DNA of 62,042 nt, filler included, from Choristocarpus tenellus KU-1152 (taxonomy: Eukaryota > Protista > Phaeophyceae): the NCBI GenBank assembly GCA_964200185.2. It is 10 parts of 10 records of this genome, joined end to end, with 100 filler letters (N's around TTAATTAATTAA, not from the genome) between each part and the next. Parts side by side here need not be neighbours in the genome. Positions count along the whole stretch, not along the records: positions 9,497 to 17,451 come from CAXNAD020005344.1; positions 17,552 to 26,807 come from CAXNAD020003840.1; 8 more parts are not named here. One strand, written 5' to 3'. The notes under the pieces were generated by a model, which was given only the letters and a program-made list of their open reading frames with translations, did no database searches and had not been told where the DNA came from. Position 1 is the stretch's first letter; each line of letters begins with the position of its first letter. Positions 11,453 to 24,400 of the stretch are shown piece by piece. The position numbers and the translations under genes are program-made.

Positions 11453-14400
11453 GTGGCTGTTAACGGCAAGGACACCTCGACCTTGAGCCCAGCCAAGGCC
11501 ATTAAGGTGATCAAACTACAGCGTTTCTGACCTACCCACCAATAGCAGCATAGGACTTGCTGCACCTGCTAGCCTTCTAGTAGATCTCTCTAACAAGTAT
11601 GCTTCTGATTCCACCCTCTTCTTGCATGTGATAATACTCTTCCCCTTTCAATGTGCCACCGTACAGTGTTGCTTCTCCATAGCTTTGGTAGAATTGATAA
11701 TGGGTCTCAATCTGCCATCTATCCTCCCGCCCAGAACCAATACTATATTGAATGCGCAAAGACTGGTCACAGGTGTCAACCAACCAGGGACCTTGGTCCT
11801 ACCTTTGACTTCAGTTTGTTTCCCCATTCCTACTCACAAGTAACCCACACACGGTCAAGCAAAACAGACACGGTTTTATGAGACATCCACCTTCACATGT
11901 AGTGGCACGATTGTTCTGCATTAGTACCCAAGAAGGCGTCTATGTATGCCCATAGGTCTTGTATCCGGTTCTTATTTGGCTTGGCTGATGCATCTCGAGA
12001 GTCCTCCTAACTGCCCTTGCGTTCAAATCTACAACTCCAACAATTAGGACAAAACCCTCCCTCACCCGCCGCACCCCCAATCATAACCTACTTTTATTGG
12101 CATGACCCCATCCCAGCAGTGTTACAGTGCGGTCAAATAGGTGCATGCGCATGTTTCCTTCGAACATAGCACCACATTTATGTAACCTCACTACTGAGGA
12201 TTGGTGACATTGTGCCTCAAACTGGTGATGTGACAACAAAAGCGAGGTTACCAACCTGCACTAATAAATGTGTGAAGATGGTGAATAATTCCTGAGTTTA
12301 AGATTGAGGGGAGGTCGTGTGATGAATGTACCCTAATGGTTGGAATTGACATATCTAGACTAGTTCATCAGTGTGCATCTTGCTATTCATTGCAGGATAA
12401 TTTATCCTACTGGCTAAATGTGATATCTGGGCCCTCCTGTTGGTGCAAATGTTGATCATTGGTTCAGGACAATATTGTATCCTATTTAGCACATTGAGAT
12501 ATCTATTGGTGTGAATGTTGATGTTCATTGCAGGACACTTGTCTTCTATTGACTGAATGTGATATGGTATTATATATATATTCATAGCTAGGCAATTTCC
12601 GCCAGAGCAACTGCTGCCCCTCGCCTCATCTTGGTGGCATGACTCTTTCCAGTATCAACAGCACGCATACCATTTACTTTAATCCTTTCCTGTTCCTCCC
12701 TCTTTACACCCTCATCATCTCTACCAAGGTGTTACAAGGAGCTGTTTGGCCGCAAGTGCTGGCGTTCAGGGTCCCCGAAAAGGAGTCAAAAGAGGAACTT
12801 ACCCCCTTGACGCTGGTCGTATCCGAGCCTGAGATGGTAAGGGAGATGAGAAGGTGTGCCACATATTCTATGCACCAATAGCTGTCATTGGAACGGATGA
12901 TGGTAAGAATAATCCAAGTGATTACAGTTTTTCTTCATTCTTAGCAAAGGGTTTTAGGGTTTAGGAATCTCCGTGCGTTTGCCTTTGCTTTGAGTCAAAG
13001 TATCTTAGAGGGTAGAGCGGTATCCTTTTGGGGGCCGAAATTCAATGTTGCGGTTTTGATGTAATTTTGGCTATCATGCTTGTCAGGAAGTGTTAATGTG
13101 CTTGATCCAGACACACCTTTTTTTATAATGTATACTCGGGTACATTTTACCTACTCCGACATATTTATGATTAGGTAAAATGTCATTAGAAAAACGTGGG
13201 AAGCCTAGCCCTAAACGGACAAATAGCTTGTAGACCCTAAGATGCTTTCCCTCTTTGCCACAGATCAGCACAAATAAAAAGGAGTTCAATATATATATAT
13301 ATATATATATAGGTATATTCAGATCAAGGTCGGAACAAGCACGATGCTCAGTGCTCTTGAATAAAGTGGGCAGAACGATTGGGTTCAGTGGAGAAAGTGT
13401 CTCGAAATATCCAGCATATTTCCAACGATCCTACTAGAATTAGAGCCAAAGTATCTTAGAGGGTAGAGCCGCGTCCAATTGGGGGCCAAAATCCAATGTT
13501 GCAATTTCGATGTATTTTCGCTATTGTGCTTGTTAGGAAGTGTCAAATTTCCATGTTCCGGACACACCTTTTCACAATGTACACACTTTACCTACTCCTA
13601 AACATTTTGGAGTAGGAAAATGTCATAAAAAAAGACCCATGGGAAGTCGAGCCCCAAATGGACAAACAGGGCAAAACTCGTACTCTCTAAGATACTTTCA
13701 CTCAGAAAAAGAATGAAAACAGTTCATTCTCAACATCTAGCATCTAGCGCTGTTAACAGCGACAGTGCAATCGGTTTTCAGTTCAATTAATCGCATAGCG
13801 TATAGTAAAGTTCAGCTATTATTATTATTATTATTATTGTTGTTATTATTTCTTAAAACCACAATACAAGCAGAAATGCGATGGAATGTATCAGTCGTCA
13901 CAGGATCAGCACATATCCACGACAAGGTGTGACATCACTATCCACAAACTCACTACACAACCATGGCTTTGGATCTGCCCCCTGAGACCTGTGGAGGTTC
14001 CAGAGCTTTTGCCTTGCGGTGCTATGTACTACTCCGCGTTTTGCGCGCGTTTTGAGTTCATTGGGTCATGCGCCAACACTAGTTCATCAAATTGTTTGAA
14101 TTTTTTCTAGCTGATTAGTAGATGTCCTGCAGTGCACACCTTGCTTAACCTACTTATTACTGTTTTCTTTTTATTTCCGCTGGTTGTATTTTGTACTGAC
14201 ATCTCGGGTTGAGAAAAGGCAAGGAATGAGTATTATTGGGGTTTTGTTGCCGAAAGAAAGAAGCATTTTCGTCGATAAATTTGACATGGGGCCAGTTGTA
14301 ATGCCAAGACTAGCACAAACTTTTCTCAAAGTACTATTAAAATGAATGTGACTACGTTTTGATGACTCCTATTATTTTATCATTATTATGCTGATGTGAT

Positions 14401-16947
14401 TTGTGGAGGTAGGGACGCTACAATGTTTACGTGCGCGGACTACCCTAACCCTATTCTTCTAAATAAACCAATGGAATAGATTTGCTCTGCAACGCCCCAA
14501 ACAACCTACATCAAGCTTTCGTTGATCATTATTCCAGATGTATTGACACCACCCATGCCAGACATGGACTTGAGACTAGCCCCTTTTCCCACCTAGCTCG
14601 CATCTCTTTCGAGGGGTATATTTTGTCATCAATGAATACTTATGTCTGGTACAGGTGCGTGGAGAGTACCTCCTGCAGGCACCACAGGAATGGGGTGGGA
14701 ATAATACAGACACGGCTTGTTTGCACATGCCAGTGGTTCTGACCAACCCAACATCTGCATGTGAGCAAGAATTGGAGCTGGGTGGAAAGGTAGGAGCAGA
14801 AGTGTGGGTATTGTATGAGCAACCCACCACGGTGTTGTCTACCATTGAAGTAGAATGAGCCAGGATAAACAGAAGGTACCCAGATTTTGGCCTTTTTGCA
14901 TTTTAAATCGCTCTTTTCCTCTCTTGCTAGTCACCCTTATTTCTATAGACGTAGTTCTATGTTTGACTTGATAGCGCTGATTTCTCTATTGCTCGAAAAC
15001 CCCCCCCGACAGAATTAAGAAAGGTTCCTAAACATATTTGCACAAAAAGCCGAATTTTGTACATTTTGTGTGTAGCGTCTTTAGACTGCAACCCTGGGTA
15101 CCTCTCGTTTACTTTGGTCCAACGCGTTCCTAGTGAGGAGGACAGCCGAATAAAATACATCATTTGGTTGTAGTTTGGGCTCGTTGCGGTCAGCTGCTTG
15201 ACAGTGTGGCACACCAGCATAGGAGAACTAGAACTCAAAATAAGCACGGTACTTGTGAGTGTAAGCACCATCCCTAGCCATAGTCATTGCACAACTAAAT
15301 GGTCTAGACACATTTGTACATCCATCTTATGAGAGTACAATGATGTTTCTTGGACAGTGCTAGACGTATGATGTGCAGTTGGAAAAATTGTGCATCTCCA
15401 TGTGTTAAACTGTGCGAAGCTTATCGACTTCTCCTCAGTTGGCCTTCTAACGCGCATTTGTCTTCAGCCCTCCAGGTCACGCACGTGTCCATCCTTGTTT
15501 CCGTACTTGATACCGTCCATCCGTCCACCCACCCACCCACTCACTCCACCCACTCACATACGTGTCCCTACCACCTAAGATCAGCGAAGGAGAACCAGTC
15601 ATAGTCCTTGTGAAGCGTGGCATATGTACCTTTGTAGAAAAGGCCAAGAATGTCCAGCCAATCGTGGCTCTGGCAACGGGTGGGGTCACCGGAGTCTCGG
15701 GGGGTGATGAGAGCACAGGGCAAGAGGTTGAAGCGGGGCGAAGAGCAGGGATGGGGGGTATGATCCTGTTAAACACGGAGGATGTCTTGGCTGATATGCC
15801 TGCTGGGAACCTGCTCACAGATGACGTCAATATTTTTGTGGCGATGTAAGTCGCAGCAATTACATTGCTGCATGATGTATTGTGTACTACCACTTCAGTG
15901 CATTGTGTACCGACTGCATGGTGAGTAGGCAAACATGGACTTTCATCTTTCGTGTGAGTTTCTTGATAGCAAGTATAAGTATATATATATGTAAATAGAG
16001 ATATGGAAACTTCTTGCTTGCACGATGAGGTACAATAATGGGAGGAGATGAGCTGCACTCGACAGTGTTTTCACCTACTTTCACCTGCTTGCACTCTTTT
16101 TTTCACCTTGGGCAAGGAACACGCAACTCAATTATGCCTGGAATTGAATTCTAACCTACTCATATCCTGATCTGCAAAAGACATCCGCCCAATAATTCCC
16201 ACAGCAAACACTCAAACTCAAATGTTATCTTTGAGCCTAAACGTTTTATCAGTCTCTAGCCCCATCCAAAACTTAGACCAAGTATTGAATTGACCCTTAA
16301 AAACATAGAATGAAAACCCAGTCCCCGATCGGATTTTTTAAACTGACAAGGATTTCACAAGGCAATGGCTCCAGCATAGAGACCCTGCTCCAATGGGGGG
16401 AAAATGTCCGAGCCACAATAGCTCCGCTGGGGAGGTGCCCCCTCGAGACCACAAACCCTGTGACAAGTGAGAACATTCATGTGGTTCATTGACACTTAAG
16501 GGTTACCACACTCATCACAAGATATTGATAGTAGTGCGACTGCATTTTCTCCTTGAAATGTGTTTTAAAAAATCGTGAGACTCTCAAGAGTTTGTCACTG
16601 TCCTTCTTCAACCCAAACAAGCTGTTTACACTAGACCATGGCATGCACACAGAATTTATCATTTGAATGTGCACAAAGTACAACAACACCACATGGACGA
16701 CATAGAATTGCACCCACCGACACAGACACTGCTGCGAATGGCGCTGCATCCAGGTGGTACTGATACACCGGCCAAGAAAACGAGAAGGGAGGGGGACACT
16801 GGGGGGCGCGTTCTTGTAAGCACTTCTTCCTTTGGCTGGGCCAGCTTTGACTACCACCAGGCAATGTATGGCCCAGTTGTTCACAAGAGAGCAGTACGTG
16901 TTGTTGTTGCGGATCCCATCGACGGATGTGACGACAAGGCGTACAAG
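11453..16947 (+). CDS. Multi-exon protein with a PDZ-like segment and at least two protease-associated (PA) domains (partial)
   Basis: GT-AG exons: 11453-11506 (VAVNGKDTSTLSPAKAIK, PDZ-like), 12729-12836, 14655-14789 (PVVLTNPTSAC), 15580-15845 (IVLVKRGICTFVEKAKNVQ...GMILLN, PA core), 16351-16466 (MISQGNGSSIETLL) and 16679-16947 (VVVADPIDGC, start of another PA). Phases are consistent from 14655 to 16947. Linkage of the two upstream exons is less certain; start and stop were not found. Confidence 0.65.
12992..13253. mobile_element. MITE family A copy 1 (~260 bp, PIF/Harbinger-Tourist-like)
   Basis: Terminal inverted repeats gagtcaaagtatcttagaggg ... ccctaagatgctttccctc, with internal similarity to the copies at 13443, 26001 and 26741. 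Confidence 0.7.
13443..13703. mobile_element. MITE family A copy 2
   Basis: TIRs gagccaaagtatcttagagggta / tactctctaagatactttcactc; colinear with copy 1. Confidence 0.75.
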
Positions 16948-17551
16948 GTAAGGGCGCTGGACAATGAGGACAAGCCTGGAGCGGATACTTTATTTCTTTT
17001 TGTGAATGTTCATAGAGAAAAACGTACGAAATGTGGTCGATTAGCATTTTACCATGGTTGAACTCGCGCCAGGCGTGGATTTCCGGTTGGATTCTGTCAC
17101 CTGCAGTTGGAGCAATTATGGTCATGGTTGGATCTTGTGCCCGTCACCTCTGTAAGCATGCTCAGGAAGTGATACTGAAGCTTCTCGCAACAAAAAAAAT
17201 CCATACCCTCCGAAGATAGACTTGAAGCTCACCTCACTGCCCATAAAATCGTTTTTTTCGAAAAGAGTCACGAAATGTACTTGATCCAAGAAGTGGGTCA
17301 AACAATGTCTGCAGTCAAATGAAAGGAAAGTTCTGAACTGTGCATGGAAAATGTGTTGATTGGTGACTTTTTCTGTTCGGAGGGCTGGGATGCATTTGAC
17401 ACGTCACCTTTTGGCATATTTTTCAATATCCACACTACCTCTGCATAGTATNNNNNNNNNNNNNNNNNNNNNNNNNNNNNNNNNNNNNNNNNNNNTTAAT
17501 TAATTAANNNNNNNNNNNNNNNNNNNNNNNNNNNNNNNNNNNNNNNNNNNN

Positions 17552-18792
17552 CCCCACAAGGGGGTAGTAGGGGGGTGACACTGCTGAGGCTTGACTTGGA
17601 TGCAGCTGTATCATCAATGGATGTTCTCGCTAGTGCTTCTGTGGTGGGGGAAAGTGCTGACGCATCTGTAACTGTCTATGACATCACCAGGTGTTTGGGG
17701 GATGGGTGTATAGGTGGTATCAGAGTCCATGGAAGTTGTGGGGTAGGCTCTCCTTCAGTTGCACAAAGGGTAAGTTCGTGCGTGCTTCTTGGAGTGCTGG
17801 GCAAGGCTGATGAACCAGATGCTGATATTGCCTTCATCACAGTACATGTGCCGCATCAGCTTGTACTGAACAGAGCTTCCCTTCAGGTAGAGGACTTGCC
17901 AAGAAATGAAGGGATATCGAGAGGAGGTTCTGAAGCCAAAGTTGGTAGACAGAACTGTCAAGATTCAGGCTCAGTGAGCTTGTGTGAGGATGGATATTGC
18001 ATCATTCCTCCAACACAAAGTCTGAATCGCTTCTCTGTAGCACTGGGTTTAAGGACAGTGGGTATACCTTCATGGGAGGCAGCTGTCCTCGATGTGAATG
18101 TCAATCTTGATCGACTATACCCTCATCTTTCACACCACAACCCACTGGGCAAGGGCCCAACCATTCCCCTCTCACGTACCACCCCTGAAACCAACCACTT
18201 CACACAAGGAACTGATCCATTGATAAAAACCGCTCTTCTTGAAGTAGTGGGGCCTGAAATTGGTAACGCAGGTGGCCGCCCCTCAAGCATTTCTGAGCGA
18301 GCACTTGTAGTAGGTCCAAGCATGCCTTACTCCACAGGTTTTGGACTGGGAGGACATGTAGAAGGGACACTACTGATGGACCTCTGCCTTTGGAATGAGG
18401 ATGGAAAAGTCCTGTGGTCTTTCACATTACCGATTCGCTTCTCTCATGTCGACCCTTTCTGTGGTCCAGGGGATGGCATGGATGAGGGTTTCGATTTCAT
18501 ACCTGGCAGCACACATCGCATGGAAGGGAAAGAGTGGGTAAATATGGATCTTGAAGGGGAGAGGAGAGAGCAACGCCTCCATGGGTCGATCAAGGAGCCT
18601 GGGGTGGGCAGCGTGACTGTAGAATTATCACTCCTGGAATGCACTACAACTGACAGAAGGGATGGTCTGGATGGAGGAGGATTGCAACTTGGTGGGAATG
18701 AATGCAAGTCAACCAAGAAAAAGCAGAGCCAGTGGGTTGTGCGGCGTGCTTTTTTGGAACTTGACTTAGGCTTCTTGAACTGCCAATTTTGA
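17552..18792 (+). CDS. Long terminal exon of an uncharacterised protein (~405 aa open frame)
   Basis: A 1.2-kb stop-free frame with protein-like composition runs from the contig edge to TGA at 18790-18792. No domain was recognised and the 5' end is lost in the gap. Confidence 0.6.
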
Positions 18793-20244
18793 GAAACCGA
18801 ACACACTAGTTTGGGAAAGGTTAGTGAAGAACTGGGTATGGTAATCATCCAATGATGGGTTCACTCTCTGCAACCCTTGCTGTCCAAGTAGCAAAGCAAA
18901 TCTTATTGGTGGCCCTTACCAAAGCTTGCAATTTGTTGTGCTTCCCATCTAAGCATGATGACATGGATGAGTGTTTGTCACATTGAGAAGTGGTGTAAAA
19001 AAAAACAGGACAATCCACTAGACATATTAGTGTAGAGGACACACCCTCAGTATGAGCACAAGCTGCTACGGGAAAGTTGCATTTAGGTTCAAGGTGTATT
19101 TCCACATATCATACTTGAATACTCATGTTTTCCAACATATTCCTTGCCAAAAGTGGATTTCAAAAGACTTTGTCCCATTAAAACAACAATCCCCCAGGGG
19201 AGGTTGTTCCACTCACATTGTGGAACAATACCTGGGTCAACTGAACAAGTATCCCCTCAAGGACAAAGTTACAGTATTTCTATATTCAACGGAGGTCAAA
19301 ACTCTCTGCAGTCTAAAAACCTTTGCACCACAAGGAAACATAGTAATTGCACCCTGATCCCACATCAGCACAATTAGAGACTCTATTGTGCTCATGATAC
19401 ATTTCAGTAACTCACCACAACATATCCAGGGGATGTATTTTGGGGTCCCCCTCTCTTACACCCAGTCCCAATCCCCATCCTTGACTAATCCTTCCCAGAA
19501 AGCCGTATCACAAATCAAGTTGCTCCTCTTTGAGTGAAAGTACATCCTAAGCACAGGAATATACTTTTGATTGAACAGAAGATCATTTCATGGACAATGG
19601 AATGGTCATTTCCTTGCAAATACTACACCAGGAAGGCACAGCAAGAACCCCCACAAGGACCCATATCCCAGCCAGGACAATCATTGCCACTAGTCTTAAC
19701 CTGGCATCTGCATGGCAAAGTTAACAACACTGTGTCCTGGTGCCCTACAGGAACCACTGTACTACAAATTGTATGCAGGACACAAGATACAATACTTTAG
19801 AGTATTTGTTGAGGTACAGTACAAAGCATACCCACACACCCAAACCCTCCTTGGAGCAGTTCTCACTGCCTCATCCAACAGTCAAGACCTGATGAGGAGC
19901 AAAAGCTCAGAGTCAGACATAGTCATGCACTTGATAGCAACTCCATTGCTCGCTAGTGGTCAATTAGAAACCATCTGAGAATGTCCGTAAGTCTTGCTTG
20001 ATGTAAAGACAAAGGTGATAGGTGGTGCATATTCCTGAAGTCTGTTGGCGCTCCTTGGTTATTTCCATGTAACACATGTATCACACTAAAGAAAAAGTGC
20101 ATTTATTTCCACCATAAGAACCATCAAATATGAGACTTCCATTTTGAGTGCACTGCTGATTCAACTAGCGAGCTAGGAGAAAGGAGCTCAACAGATCTGA
20201 TAACATTTCAAAAACCGGGATTCCAGCAAAGAAGTTGTCATTAT

Positions 20245-20310
20245 CTCTCACTACCTCAACTCTTTATCTCTCACTACCTCAACTCTTTATCTCTCACTAC
20301 CTCAACTCTT
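20245..20310. repeat. Minisatellite, ~23-bp unit x3
   Basis: tatctctcactacctcaactctt is repeated three times. Confidence 0.85.
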
Positions 20311-20428
20311 GAAAAAATTATCCAAACACTCTGCACCTTTATTGACCCTCCCCCAAACACCCCCACCCCACCTTCCTATCTCCTTGCCCAATCCCCCTTC
20401 CGAACATCCTCCATGCCCCATGCACGTA

Positions 20429-23200
20429 TCACAGGTCTGAGTCTAACCCTCTTCCTGTCCCATGACCAGCCCCCCCTACACCATTGTCTCCACTAGCACC
20501 TGTCACCACCCCTACCCCCCTTGCACCTCCCTCAGCCTCCCCTGTCTTCAAACCACCATCAACCTCCTCATCCATGAGCTCAGCACCCGCCAATCCCCCC
20601 TTATTTCCATTTGCTGCCCCATCATCATCTGTGTCTGCTTCATCACCCACTCGCTTACTTCGATCCCCATCCCCCTCAGCTTCATCCCCCTCCCCCACCC
20701 CTTCCCCTTCTGCTTCCCTGTCCGCATCTTGATCCATATCTGCATCTCCCAAAGCCTCCTTTTTAGGGGTTGAGCCACTAAAAGCCTTGCTGAGCTTTTT
20801 CGCATTTGCCTCCTTACGGAACTGAAACATTAGACAAAGAAAGTATTATGGAGAGGGGGGGGGGGGGGGGGTTAGGGCAAAGATTTCACACATTTGGTGA
20901 ACTAGAGGTCATCATGATGACCAAAGAACAAGAAAATGACATCACCCATTTCAGAGAGTTGTCACTGTTCATGATTATGTCCCAGAACAATACTCATGTC
21001 CATCTTCTACTCAAAACCAAGAAAACCTCCAGTGCTTTCCAATTTCACAGCATGATCTTTTGAAGTAATGACTACATTTTGGTGACGTATTCCAAGCAGT
21101 AACTTCTCGCACAGAGTTACCAATCCACCTGCACTGTTGATGTCAATGAAGTGTGTATTTTAAGATTATCCTGGATTTCTGTCCTAACACCTACACTGAG
21201 TGACGAGTGACAGAAGGTCATTGAGGAAACAAAATGAAAGTATAGAAACTGACATGGGTGATAAATCAATAGTTTGAGTGATGCAGTATCCAATCAGCAG
21301 GGCTCTATTATACCAACATGAATTGCATGTTACCATGGTACTGCAATTAAATACCCCACATCAGCACTACGCCACATTTCCACCTTAAGGGATTTACAAA
21401 GAACTGAGCATATTCATAGCTTAGTGGTTAAAAGGAAAGTGTTCCTATTGCAGGAATTTGTGGTTTTAAACCTGCTTGGCACCAGACTTCTTTCCAGGGA
21501 AATCTGGTCTACATGATGCAAAGTTCACATACCGAGCACTACAGCTTGTAGACCTCTACTAACCTATCTGTCACTAGAACACAAAAACACGGAGATGCAA
21601 AAAGAGGTAGACGGCTTCTTGTGGAGCAACAAGAGGTGGGATGACTAAACACAACACATATGAAGCAATGGACAAATAGAGACAGCGTAGTTGTGGCGCA
21701 AAAGTTACGTAGTATGAAGAGCAGTGTGTGCGTAGTGCCTCTGACCATGGGTAAGGAGATTCCCCAAAATAAATAGCAAATCATAATCATAACTTGATAA
21801 GAACAGAGCCAATAGTAGTTGTCATCCCACAAGAGCACTGACAATTAGTATCTGTGTCATGTGGCTCGAAGAGGAACACACTGTGTAATCTAGCAACACA
21901 ATAAAGGTCAACATTCAAGGTATAACCTCTCCAGGTCAACCACACAACTTCTGCAATGTCTAGCACCTGATCCAGATATTCCTTAAGAGGTTCTTCCAGC
22001 TCCCCAAACTCCAATTCCTTGATGGCTTGCATTACATCCTGCGCACTTATTGTCTGCCTCTTTGACTCTCGGCAGAAATCATTTGCACAGGCGGTTAGGT
22101 ACCTTGTTTGAAACAGAAGGGGATGGGGGTGGGAGGGCAACATGGATAAGGGAAGGTTCAGATGAGTGGACACAGGACCTCACCTCTCAGAAAATGGTAG
22201 TGGTTATCAACATAAGAGGACAGTGGGGGAGTACAACGTGCAAGTGTCAAGTGGCAAACAGCCCCCAGTCCACTGTTTCAGATGTGAGCAAAGATGTGAC
22301 AAAATAAATGGAGATCGCAGGTCCTTCACGAGGTGGTATCTCCAGCTATGAGGGGTTGACAGCAGAAGTAGAGGAATAGTTGTTGACATTGACCAACATG
22401 GTTCAGTCCTGTGAGACGGTAGATTAAGCGTGCGGGGTCCTTCTGGGGGCAAGAGAAGGGAGAGAGATGCAGAAGATTAAAAATTGTGAGAGGACATACA
22501 TGATGAAGATGCCCGCACTTCGAGCGAACGCTGCTTTGGCATCCTTGCCGATCTGCACGTTGTCAGGAAGTGCAGCCTTGATGACCCTCTGCACGCACGC
22601 CTGACGGTCGGTCGGATTAGTGAAAGGGGGAGATAGGGTAGTATAAGATACGAGGGAATCGATCTGGCAGTGGTAGCGGTAGCGCTGAAAGTCGTCCGCC
22701 TTCCCAGGATGCTACCCCGTCTACCCACAGATGAAAGTCAGGGATTGGTCAGCCCACTCGTCTAATACAACTTTGGATCTTTACATTCGAAGCACCATAC
22801 AGAGATTCTATCAAAGAGAGGAGATAACCAATAGAGAATGGGACGTCCTACACCAGGCGGTCCACATTTATACTGAAAATGAGGTTGGATGTCGCTGTGG
22901 TAGAGTGGAGTCTTGGGTACTACGGTCTGAGTAAAAAGTCGTCGGTGGGACAACTGGAAATTATGGTACCTGCCAGGTTGACTACATTTTCACCCCTGTA
23001 TTCAACACAACTTCAGTGTGGGCGGAGTGGTCACACCCAGGTCACGGATAGAGCCTCTTCGGCTTTATCTACAATGTAGCTGACATTTGTTGAAAAACGT
23101 TTAGAATAGACACAAAGTGCCACATCGAGAGTCCCAAAGTGCAGATAGTACTAACCTGCGGCGGCTCAAACTCTGGTGTCTTTCCCTCCTTTTCTGTCAT
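20429..23200 (-). CDS. POLE3: DNA polymerase epsilon subunit 3 / CHRAC17 / DPB4 (NF-YB-like histone fold) with an acidic Gly-rich tail
   Basis: Four phase-consistent exons (23200-23156, 22600-22500, 22102-21967, 20821-20429) give 224 aa: MTEKEGKTPEFEPPQACVQRVIKAALPDNVQIGKDAKAAFARSAGIFIMYLTACANDFCRESKRQTISAQDVMQAIKELEF... Confidence 0.9.
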
Positions 23201-23879
23201 GACTCGCAACCTAACTTCTTTCGTCCGCTTTACCACCTCCACCAGGTACGGGAAACACTTTCGGAGGGAGGCCAAGCCCCAACCTTCACTCCACTAGAGG
23301 TTTGGCGCTGCCTCCTAGCCACGCGACCAAGCAGTACGCGGTTTGAGGTTAAGATGCCACGTGGCTTATGATTAATAGTAGGGAGTGCGTTGCAATTGCC
23401 CCTGACAGGTATCAAATGCGGAATGTCAGGTGTGAAATGTGTCGAGTTACCTTCAAAAGTTTTCCAATCTACTCTGAAGTCTTATCCAAAAATAATAATT
23501 GTCCTCGTAACTTCAAAAAAAATGGTGGTTCGATATGTATGTATTTATAGAACAAGTGAACTCACTGTATTACTGTACACAACTCATCAGTTTCGAAACT
23601 TGTCCATGCTAGATTACTTGTCATGGAATCCTTCCTGGTTTCGACTAATACACCAAGTAAATATTGATACCTGAAACACAAATATGATTTCATCCAAAAC
23701 ATAATAAAGTTAACTGCATCTTTTCATATACTTCCTGTTGTTGTAGTAGGGCGAAATATAGTTAAGATTCGGATTGACAGCGATTTAGTTTAGCAGGTTT
23801 GGATCACTTTCACCCTTTTGCTGCACCTTGCCAACAGGAAGCTCTTCGCCATCCTACATACAGTACTATTGACCCTCCC

Positions 23880-24400
23880 TACAAATGAAAAGCACTTCTC
23901 TTCCACACGGACAGATGATGAAGTCTTTGATTAAGCTCTTTGAGCCTGCCTTCAGGTTCTCCAGTTACTCGGCGCATTGACTACCTCAGCTTGTATAGCT
24001 TGCAATCATAAGTAAGAAAAACATATAGGTGAGCACACTCTTAAGTCAAGCTTCTCCGTGTTGGTGTGCAGAGTGGATCATGGGATACAGAGCCAAGCCG
24101 CCAGGGCTGACTGTATTATTGTGGGTTTTTTAAAAGGGAACTATGCTTAGGACGTCTCAAGGGTTATCCATGTTTATCCCTTGCCGCCAGATGCCCCCTT
24201 CTGTTGCATACCAGTGTCGGGAACCATAACACCAGCATTCTTCCGGGTCTCGCAGACCTTCCAAAGTCTTCTGATGGTCAGAGTATTGATCCCAAACATC
24301 TGGGCGACTACCACCATGTCACCGTGCACTGAGCCACTATTAGTGCCTTGAAACATCTCCTCACGATATCATACTACATATTATGTTTGTATGACACGAA
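23880..24400 (-). pseudogene. Decayed mariner-like transposase (plant/oomycete type), N-terminal part
   Basis: HTH-like segment HGDMVVVAQMFGINTLTIRRLWK...GASGGK (24174-24356), followed in broken frames by IP*STLH and VRVEEKCF, a decayed form of VHIDEKWF (first catalytic Asp). Confidence 0.6.
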
